Source of the DNA: Prolixibacteraceae bacterium | Lineage (GTDB): Bacteria; Bacteroidota; Bacteroidia; Bacteroidales; Prolixibacteraceae | Direction: 5' to 3' | DNA: 64,000 nt | Assembly (NCBI GenBank): GCA_947475715.1 | Contig: CANJNY010000007.1 | Location: forward strand, 4,565-68,564 | Part shown: positions 56,916 to 64,000 of the stretch, one piece after another | Layout of the letters: every line of letters begins with the position of its first letter | Numbering within the stretch: position 1 is the first letter of the stretch | Notes under the pieces: generated by a model | Told to the model about the DNA's origin: nothing | Database searches by the model: none | The model's input: the letters and a program-made list of their open reading frames with translations, nothing else | Made by a program: the position numbers and the translations under genes

Positions 56916-57770
56916 ATGCAGGTTGCAAAAAAAATAATCTTTGACCAACTCTCCCCGATCTATCCCAAACAGGAGATCGAAAGTTTGAGCAGGCTGATCT
57001 TCGAAAAGGTACTTGGAGTTACCCGGATTCAGATTCACCTAAATCAGCACGAAACCATTTCGGAGGCAAATTTAGCTCAAATTAAAGAGATTGTAAACCG
57101 CCTGTGCCATTTTGAGCCAATACAGTACATTTTAGGTGAGACCCAATTTTATAGTTTACATCTCAAAGTAACCCCTGCAGTTCTGATTCCCCGTCAGGAG
57201 ACAGAAGAACTGGTTGACTGGATAATTAAAGCAAACATGGAAATAACCCCTAAGATACTGGATATTGGAACCGGCAGCGGTTGCATTCCAATAGCTTTAG
57301 CCAAAAATATTCCCGGGTCTGCTGCCCAAGGGTGGGATATCTCAATGGAAGCCCTGAAGGTTGCTCAAGAAAACGCTCAAATCAATGAGGTAACTGTTAA
57401 TTTTCACTGTGTTGACATCTTAAAACCGATTAATCAGTTTGTCGATTCCAAATTTGATATTATTGTAAGTAATCCCCCCTACATTCCAACTTCAGAACAA
57501 TCTTTTATGGATAAAAATGTAACCCAATATGAGCCACATCTGGCACTCTTTGTCCCTGACAATGAACCATTAATTTTTTACAATAGGATTACCGACCTGG
57601 CTGCCAAGCATTTAAAAACTGGCGGATTTATTTACTTTGAAATCAATGAGAAATACGGAACTCAATCCGCAGAATTATTGCAGTCCAAAGGGTTTACGAA
57701 CATCGTTACAAAAAGGGATATTAATGGTAAAATTCGCATGATTAAGGGAGAGAAACATTGGATTAATTAA
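56916..57770 (+). CDS. prmC: Release factor glutamine N5-methyltransferase
   Basis: It has ILDIGTGSGCI and the catalytic IVSNPPYI motif. ATG at 56916; the track start at 56895 is a TTG. Confidence 0.9.
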   Translation: MQVAKKIIFDQLSPIYPKQEIESLSRLIFEKVLGVTRIQIHLNQHETISEANLAQIKEIVNRLCHFEPIQYILGETQFYSLHLKVTPAVLIPRQETEELVDWIIKANMEITPKILDIGTGSGCIPIALAKNIPGSAAQGWDISMEALKVAQENAQINEVTVNFHCVDILKPINQFVDSKFDIIVSNPPYIPTSEQSFMDKNVTQYEPHLALFVPDNEPLIFYNRITDLAAKHLKTGGFIYFEINEKYGTQSAELLQSKGFTNIVTKRDINGKIRMIKGEKHWIN

Positions 57771-59805
57771 CTATTCGATTTTTTGATTCCAAGGGTAATG
57801 TGAAACTGAAAATGCTTCCCTTCCCGATTTGGCTTTGAACAGTTAATTCACCTCCGTGCTTTTCGATAAAATCCTTGCACAGGATCAATCCCAGTCCGGT
57901 ACTATATTCCCCCTCTGTGCCGAGGCGGTTTGATTTCACATCAATACGAAATAGACTATCCATAATCCCCTTGTCCATTCCGATCCCATGGTCAATTATC
58001 GAAATCTCAAGCCATTTATCCGGAACTAATATTGCTTTGACAGTGATATCTTCTCCTGCATGGCTAAATTTTACTGCATTTGAAACTAAATTGCGCATGA
58101 TACCATCAAACATATTCTCATCGGCAAAAACGATCAGGTCATCCGAAAAATCATACTTAATTGAAATACGCTTTTTTTCTGCCATGTTCAAAACCAGCAG
58201 CAGGCTTTCAGATATTTTGGTTACCAAGCGAAAGGAAACCGGTTTAAACGGAAGCAGCCCCCTTTGCATTCGTGACCATTCCAAAAGATTTCCCAGTAAA
58301 TTAAAGAGATTGGTTGCCGATTGTCTCATTAAAAATGCCATCTGTTGAATCTCATCAGCAGTGATATTGGATAACCGGTCGGCTAAAACCTCAGTTAAAC
58401 CGAGTAAACCGCTGAAAGGACCACGGAGATCGTGTGCTACAATTGAAAAGAACTTGTCCTTTTCAATGTTTAATTTTAAAAGTTCTTCATTTCTGATTTG
58501 TATTTCCTGCTCTATTATTTTGCGGTTCGTGATATCTTCGATCATGCACAGATGCCGTGGATGTGCTTTATCCTCAAAACGAAAAGGTGCAATAGTCATA
58601 TTGATCCATACCGGTGTGCCATCGGGGTGGAGGTACCTTTTTTCCATCTGATACCCTGACAATAATCCGGCATTAAGTAAAGCCATATGATCCAGGTCTT
58701 TCTGAATATCATCCGGATGAGTAATGCTCATCCAATCGATAAACGCCATCTCCTCCATTTTCCGTCCGGCAATTTTAGCAAACATCGGATTCACAGAATA
58801 AACCTGACCTGAAAGGGAGTCTATCAATGCAATTCCAAAAGGGGATTCATTGAACATGGTTTTAAACCTTGCTTCACTCAGTTTTAACACCTCCTCTGCC
58901 TGTTTTCGTCCGGCAATATCCCATGCCAGATCTGCAAGCAGCGTGACTATTTCGATGTCTTTCCCGTCATAATCGGATGGTTTGTTTCCCACTCCCATCA
59001 AAGCCACAATATTACCTGCCCGAAAAACAGGGATGACCATTTCACGAAAAACATTTGCATGGCCGGGTGGAAACCCCTTTTTATGAGTTAAAGAAGCATA
59101 GTCATTATGAATCAATGCCTTCCGTTCCCGAAGACAATCGCACCACACCCCGGCCAAAGTCGTATCATATGACATCCCCTTGGCAAGGGCTGTACAATGT
59201 TCAAGTTTAGTTCGGGTAGACCAATTTTGCAGCTTAACAGTTTTTTGGTCAGGATCGACAAAGTGGTAAAATGCAATTTGACTCCTGGTTAATTTTTCTC
59301 CCTCGTTAAGAGTTTCTTCCAATAAATCATCAACGGAATGGGTCTCGGAAAACTCAAGAAGATGGATCCTGGAAAGTATAAGATTTTCAAATTCTTTTCT
59401 ACGGGTAATATCACGCACCGCTGCACAAAGTATCTTTCTCCCCTTTAAATTAAAGACGGAAGATGAAATATCAACCGGAAATATTGTTCCGTCTTTTCTT
59501 TTATGAAGGCGTTGTTCAACCCGCTCCTTAAGCTCCTCCCTCATCCGTTTGGTCTCTTCAGGTTCAGCGGACAATTCATAGTTTTTTAATTTCAGAATCT
59601 CTTCCTTTGAATAACCATAGAGTAAACATGCGGCGTCATTGGCCTCCATTATTGCAAAATTCTCATTATCAATTAAAAAAAGAGCATCTTTAACCACCGA
59701 GAATAGCATTGTGTGTATATTCTCAGAATCGAATAACTCATTTTGCGTTTTCCCGACTGAACCAGGAAATTCATCCTCTGCCGATTTTTGAATTTTCATT
59801 TTCAT
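57763..59805 (-). CDS. Cytoplasmic PAS-GAF-PAS sensor histidine kinase
   Basis: 680 aa with no TM segment seen. H-box FFSIVAHDLRGP, N box NLVSNAVKF, G boxes DHGIGMD and GLGLILC. Confidence 0.9.
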   Translation of the reverse strand: MKMKIQKSAEDEFPGSVGKTQNELFDSENIHTMLFSVVKDALFLIDNENFAIMEANDAACLLYGYSKEEILKLKNYELSAEPEETKRMREELKERVEQRLHKRKDGTIFPVDISSSVFNLKGRKILCAAVRDITRRKEFENLILSRIHLLEFSETHSVDDLLEETLNEGEKLTRSQIAFYHFVDPDQKTVKLQNWSTRTKLEHCTALAKGMSYDTTLAGVWCDCLRERKALIHNDYASLTHKKGFPPGHANVFREMVIPVFRAGNIVALMGVGNKPSDYDGKDIEIVTLLADLAWDIAGRKQAEEVLKLSEARFKTMFNESPFGIALIDSLSGQVYSVNPMFAKIAGRKMEEMAFIDWMSITHPDDIQKDLDHMALLNAGLLSGYQMEKRYLHPDGTPVWINMTIAPFRFEDKAHPRHLCMIEDITNRKIIEQEIQIRNEELLKLNIEKDKFFSIVAHDLRGPFSGLLGLTEVLADRLSNITADEIQQMAFLMRQSATNLFNLLGNLLEWSRMQRGLLPFKPVSFRLVTKISESLLLVLNMAEKKRISIKYDFSDDLIVFADENMFDGIMRNLVSNAVKFSHAGEDITVKAILVPDKWLEISIIDHGIGMDKGIMDSLFRIDVKSNRLGTEGEYSTGLGLILCKDFIEKHGGELTVQSQIGKGSIFSFTLPLESKNRIVN

Positions 59806-59999
59806 AAAATTCGAGAGCTCTTATACATTAAAATGAATTCAACACATTAAATTTAAGGAATAATTCAATCAATAGTTGTTTAACAACGACTTTTTTTGTT
59901 CTCAACACATTTAAACCGTAAAACAACGGTGCATCAGAATATTTAAAAAAGATGTTGCTTATCAGCGTAAATTAGCCGACAGCTTCACCCTGAAAAAAC

Positions 60000-61775
60000 C
60001 TATTCCAATCGGTCTGTCAGGACACAGGCCCCCTTAAAATGATCAGAACCGCTGTTTAAACCGAAAATTTCCACCTGAATAATGTAGATTCCCAGCAGTG
60101 CCTTTTGATGGTTATCCCTGGTCCCGTCCCATTCAATAATATCCTCAGATCCAAGCAAAAGATTATTTGCCAAACGCCTGATTTCAATTCCAGATTCATT
60201 ATAAATGCGAATATTGGCAATCCTGCCGGGTTCATCCTGAAAAAGTTTAATAACTAACTTATCGTTCAGTCCATCATCGTTAGGCGAAAAAATCTTCGGT
60301 TCAATCTGTACGTTGGGTTTTTTCCGAACCGGAAGTTCAACAGCTGAATTCCGGTAACCGGGGGTTGCAAATCCGACTGTGGCAGCAGCTGAGCACCAGT
60401 TAAAAGGATCCTGAGTCGGCTTAATAAAACTTCTCCGCTCCAGGGATATCCCTTTGACATCCGAAAGCAAAGGGTTATGCATACTCTCAAAATAATGAAA
60501 CTGGTCAATTACCGACAACTCCTTGTTAACGAGAACGACCCAACCCTCGTCAAGATTATATGGGGGAAACTTTATCATACCATAAATACAATCCGGACAT
60601 TTTGAATTATAATTTGACAATAAGGTGGCCGGATCAGCGGTAAATGCGCCATATTGCGAATTAGAAAAGAGTTCGCGGCTCACTGATAAAGGATAGAGCG
60701 ATTTTATTTTTTGCGTGGCATCAAGGGATGCAAGAAAGAGCTCGTCCAGATTTATAGTGTGCCCCGACTGATTAAAGATTTCCACGAAATCAACACCTCC
60801 CTCAAAAGGATTGAAAAGGATTTCGTTAATCAATAAGTCCCCAGGTTTAGGTAAATAATACCAGAATTGGTAATGCCTGTCAACCATTACATTTCCGCAC
60901 TCATCGGATAATCTACTAATTAGCAAATCATAATAAACCCCATTCCCCATTGCCCCTTTCGGGAAATAAACAGAATACTTTTTAGATTTTTGTTCAAAAC
61001 GGATGCTGTCAAAAGGGGGAAGGGATGGGGAAAAGGAGAAAACAGACCCTGAGATTGAAAGGCGATCAGGCATCTCGGAAACGACTATTTCAAGTAATTC
61101 AGGGCTTATGCCGTTTGCCGAAATAATTGAAGGCGGTGAGTTATCCCGATTGCTGGCAAAAACCGAGTTTACTGATCCCGGCGTACCGCCACTTTCAGAA
61201 ATTGAAGTTTCCCAGTTAGATCCGGCCCCGCAAATCCGATGCGGATCGATTCGTTCGAGTGAGTATCCTCCATCCGAAAATCCTTCACGAAGCATCCCCG
61301 GCTCATAGCTTAACGAATCGATTAAAATCTTCAAAGGGGAATAGAGTTTTACGACGAATCCGGCGTTTGGTAACGATAATCCCGGGATCTCCAAACTGGG
61401 GCCATAGCCGGCAAACAGCGAATTACCACCAGTCCCGCAAAGGATTATCAGACTGTCAGCTTTAATTTGGTGATCCTTGAGTATCTTTTGCCTTCCATTT
61501 ACATCAAGAACCCAATTTTCAAGATTGATATCCAATCCTGAGACATTCGTTAACTCAATATACTCTTCATTAGGCAATTTGATTACCGGGTAGGGGTCTG
61601 CCATCACTTCATTAAAAACCAAATCTCCAAAGTGTAATTCCTGAGACTTTGGTGACTCTTTATATTGGTCGAATTTAGTCTCTGCAGGAATTCTACTAAA
61701 CATAAATTTAGCTGAGCTTTCATATAAGGTAAAAAAGAGCAGGTAAAATATAAATCCGTAAATATTTTTATCCAT
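60000..61775 (-). CDS. Secreted protein with two lamin-tail-like domains and a T9SS type-B-like C-terminal domain
   Basis: Two LTD-like starts are present (LVFNEVMADPYP...EYIELTN and LLINEILFNPFEGGVDFVEIFN). The C-terminal IFSPNDDGLNDKLVI...WDG resembles the gliding-motility-associated CTD. Confidence 0.65.
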   Translation of the reverse strand: MDKNIYGFIFYLLFFTLYESSAKFMFSRIPAETKFDQYKESPKSQELHFGDLVFNEVMADPYPVIKLPNEEYIELTNVSGLDINLENWVLDVNGRQKILKDHQIKADSLIILCGTGGNSLFAGYGPSLEIPGLSLPNAGFVVKLYSPLKILIDSLSYEPGMLREGFSDGGYSLERIDPHRICGAGSNWETSISESGGTPGSVNSVFASNRDNSPPSIISANGISPELLEIVVSEMPDRLSISGSVFSFSPSLPPFDSIRFEQKSKKYSVYFPKGAMGNGVYYDLLISRLSDECGNVMVDRHYQFWYYLPKPGDLLINEILFNPFEGGVDFVEIFNQSGHTINLDELFLASLDATQKIKSLYPLSVSRELFSNSQYGAFTADPATLLSNYNSKCPDCIYGMIKFPPYNLDEGWVVLVNKELSVIDQFHYFESMHNPLLSDVKGISLERRSFIKPTQDPFNWCSAAATVGFATPGYRNSAVELPVRKKPNVQIEPKIFSPNDDGLNDKLVIKLFQDEPGRIANIRIYNESGIEIRRLANNLLLGSEDIIEWDGTRDNHQKALLGIYIIQVEIFGLNSGSDHFKGACVLTDRLE

Positions 61776-61980
61776 TTTTCGTTAAATATTAAGAATAATG
61801 AATATTTTTGCAAAGTCAAACCTCAGAAAATATGCCTGATGAAATTTGTTTGCATAAAGTTAATCAAATTGGAGCAGAAATTTATCCTCAATCAGCAAGA
61901 CTCACCGAAGAAGATCTGTTTTTTTTTGATAATTTTGAGTTGTATGAGGGAAGAATTTAAGTCCTTTAAAATAGTTAATT

Positions 61981-62991
61981 ATGAAAGTAGCAATTGTTGG
62001 TGTTAGCGGAGCGGTAGGACAGGAATTCCTGCGTGTGTTGGATGAGCGAAATTTTCCGCTTGATGAACTGGTGATCTTTGGATCAGCACGGAGTACAGGA
62101 AAAGAATACACTTTCAAAGGCAAGAAATTAATTGTCAAAGAATTACAACACAACGACGACTTCAATGGGATCGACATTGCCCTGGTATCGGCAGGTGCAG
62201 GTATTTCAAAAGATTTTGCCGACACGATCACAAAGTTCGGAACAATCATGATCGACAACAGCAGTGCCTTCCGGATGGAAAATGATATCCCACTTGTTGT
62301 ACCTGAAGTGAATGCTTCAGACGCTAAGAATATGCCGCGCAAAATTATTGCCAATCCAAACTGTACAACCATTCAGCTGGTTGTTGCCTTAAAACCGATT
62401 GAAGATATTTCACATATCCTGAAAGTTCATATTGCCACGTATCAGAGTGCCAGTGGTGCAGGGGCATCAGGAATGGATGAGCTTGAAAATCAAACAGTAC
62501 AGGTTGCTGCTGGTGAAGAACCCACCGTTTCAAAATTTGCCTATCAGCTGGTTCAAAACCTGATTCCTCATATCGATGTATTTACCGATAATGATTACAC
62601 CAAGGAGGAGATGAAGATGTTCCATGAAACCCGGAAGATTATGCACTCAGATATTATGGTAAGTGCCACCGCAGTTCGCGTACCGGTTCTTCGTGCACAT
62701 TCGGAGGCCGTCTGGGTTGAAACTGAAAATGAGATCTCACTGGAAGAGGCTAAATCGGCTTTTCATAATGCGCAGGGGATCATTGTAATTGACAACCCTG
62801 CAAAGAAAGAGTACCCAATGCCGCTGCACCTTGCCGGCCGGGATGAAGTATTTGTTGGAAGGATTCGTAAAGATATCTCCAATCCCAATGGATTAGCTTT
62901 CTGGACTGTTTCTGACCAGATCAAAAAAGGGGCAGCATTAAATGCCGTCCAAATAGCAGAATATCTTGTTAAAGAAGGTATTGTAAAATAA
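61981..62991 (+). CDS. asd: Aspartate-semialdehyde dehydrogenase
   Basis: It has [16 protein letters not shown] and the active-site ANPNCTT. 336 aa. Confidence 0.97.
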   Translation: MKVAIVGVSGAVGQEFLRVLDERNFPLDELVIFGSARSTGKEYTFKGKKLIVKELQHNDDFNGIDIALVSAGAGISKDFADTITKFGTIMIDNSSAFRMENDIPLVVPEVNASDAKNMPRKIIANPNCTTIQLVVALKPIEDISHILKVHIATYQSASGAGASGMDELENQTVQVAAGEEPTVSKFAYQLVQNLIPHIDVFTDNDYTKEEMKMFHETRKIMHSDIMVSATAVRVPVLRAHSEAVWVETENEISLEEAKSAFHNAQGIIVIDNPAKKEYPMPLHLAGRDEVFVGRIRKDISNPNGLAFWTVSDQIKKGAALNAVQIAEYLVKEGIVK

Positions 62992-63020
62992 ATCATTGAG
63001 TATTTTTCAAAATATCAGAT

Positions 63021-63050
63021 AAAAAGCTGCCTCTTTGGGCAGCTTTTATT
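63021..63050 (+). terminator. Rho-independent terminator after asd
   Basis: AAAAGCUGCC-ucuuug-GGCAGCUUUU is followed by AUU, 30 nt after the stop. Confidence 0.7.
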
Positions 63051-63141
63051 GTATAATTGAAATTGTAATCTATGCGTTATCTTGAACCTAAAAATGAGAT
63101 GTAAGGTGATTTGACGAAAAAGGAGAACAGTTTATCGTTGA

Positions 63142-63240
63142 AATGCAGTTGCCAAAAATCTCAAATCCCTCGGATTTTCAACTTCTGATATTGCAAAATT
63201 TATAGGCCGATATGAGGAGGAAATTGAGAAATTAAAGTCA
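63142..63240 (+). pseudogene. Possible relic of the C-terminal HTH tail of an Rpn/PD-(D/E)XK putative-transposase-family gene
   Basis: A start-less open frame directly follows a TGA. It reads NAVAKNLKSLGFSTSDIAKFIGRYEEEIEKLKS, matching the stereotyped (A)KNL-x-x-G-x-S-x-x-x-IA-x-x-x-G-x-x-x-EEIEKL tail of that family as I remember it. No nuclease core is present. Confidence 0.3.
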
Positions 63241-63319
63241 AAAGGCAAAACCAATCCAAACCATTATCGGTTTAACTACCTAATTGTCGAATTGTCAAAT
63301 CACCGAATTGCCGAATTAC

Positions 63320-64000
63320 CTACTCCTCATCAAAAACCTGGTAGAGAAAATCATTAAAAGGAAACCGCTTGGTATGAATAATCTTAACCTCATCATAAAT
63401 TACTTTCTTAAACTCTTCAATATTGGTCTTCTGTGTGGCAGAGATAAAAAGTGAGACATTTTCATGATTACCCATCCATGAATGTTTCCAGTCTTCAAGG
63501 GTCATATTATCCTTGGTTGAGGGCAAAAGATCGTCTTCCTCCTTTTCGACATAGGTAAATGCATCAATTTTATTGAACAGGTAGATCATCGGCTTATCGG
63601 CAGCACCCAGCTCGGCAAGAGTTTTATTCACGACCTCAACCTGGGATTCAAAACCGGGATGTGAAATATCGACCACATGAATCAACAGATCCGCTTCACG
63701 TGTTTCGTCAAGGGTTGATTTGAAAGACTCCACAAGATGGTGAGGTAGCTTACGGATAAATCCAACGGTATCGGTAAGCAGAAAAGGAAGATTTCCAATA
63801 ACAACCTTACGGACAGTGGTGTCGAGCGTAGCAAACAACTTATTTTCAGCAAATACATCCGATTTGCTGATCAGGTTAAGAATGGTCGATTTACCTACAT
63901 TGGTATAACCCACCAGAGCCACACGCACCATCTTTCCGCGGTTGCGTCGCTGAGTACTCATCTGGCTATCAATTACCTCGAGCTTAGCCTTCAGAAATGA
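63320..64000 (-). CDS. hflX: GTPase HflX, C-terminal portion (gene continues past the right edge)
   Basis: G1 motif VALVGYTNVGKST, G3 motif LTDTVGFI and G4 motif NKID. The frame stays open upstream of the track Met to position 64000 (SFLKAKLEVIDSQ-MSTQRR). Confidence 0.9.
   Translation of the reverse strand, partial: SFLKAKLEVIDSQMSTQRRNRGKMVRVALVGYTNVGKSTILNLISKSDVFAENKLFATLDTTVRKVVIGNLPFLLTDTVGFIRKLPHHLVESFKSTLDETREADLLIHVVDISHPGFESQVEVVNKTLAELGAADKPMIYLFNKIDAFTYVEKEEDDLLPSTKDNMTLEDWKHSWMGNHENVSLFISATQKTNIEEFKKVIYDEVKIIHTKRFPFNDFLYQVFDEE

Noticed and set aside
1-64000. CRISPR arrays, prophage or integrative elements, toxin-antitoxin pairs or known anti-phage defence genes
   Set aside because: Reading both strands I found no regularly spaced direct repeats. 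There is no integrase, transposase, portal or terminase-like ORF, and no nuclease, ATPase, SIR2 or TIR-type defence signature. The only mobile trace is the short Rpn-like relic near 63.1-63.3 kb.

Overview
This 64-kb segment is chromosomal and, by gene content, comes from a member of Bacteroidota. The markers are a SusC/SusD pair under ECF-sigma/FecR control, a PorQ-like T9SS gene next to cmk-ispH, a fused CcsBA cytochrome c maturase, and TAnnTTTG-type promoter boxes. I can support about 47 protein-coding genes (two run off the window edges), and the window is densely coding. I found no rRNA, tRNA, CRISPR array, integrase or intact mobile element. Layout: (i) 1-14370, a minus-strand polysaccharide-utilisation-like locus with atypical cargo: ECF sigma, anti-sigma, SusC with a signalling N-terminal domain, SusD, an arylsulfotransferase-like protein, a 1001-aa glycoside-hydrolase-like protein and two DUF3857/transglutaminase-like proteins. 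(ii) 14.8-18.3 kb, an asymmetric heterodimeric ABC exporter. (iii) 18-36 kb, mostly housekeeping genes (OmpA-family, NmrA-like, acyl-CoA ligase, CcsBA, alaS, M23 peptidase, MerR, Nif3, zinc-ribbon protein, ssb, tex, AI-2E transporter). (iv) 36.9-46.1 kb, a ten-gene minus-strand respiratory operon: HMA copper protein, small NrfC-like FeS protein, NrfD-like membrane protein, anchored monoheme cytochrome c, SCO, A2-type caa3 oxidase subunits I/III/IV/II and heme O synthase. (v) 46.5-64 kb, housekeeping and miscellaneous genes (pfkA, ispH, cmk, porQ-like, YkgJ, DMT, two hydrolases, rsmG, ECF sigma, ribD, prmC, PAS-GAF-PAS kinase, double lamin-tail-domain protein, asd, hflX). I see no recognisable defence, toxin or mobile system. 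The best candidate for something under-described is the compact NrfC/NrfD/cytochrome c module, which sits where six-subunit Alternative Complex III normally precedes a caa3 oxidase. The second candidate is the sigma/anti-sigma-controlled SusCD locus whose cargo is a sulfotransferase-like and transglutaminase-like set rather than classical CAZymes. All functional calls come from motif and family recognition by eye. No database search was run.
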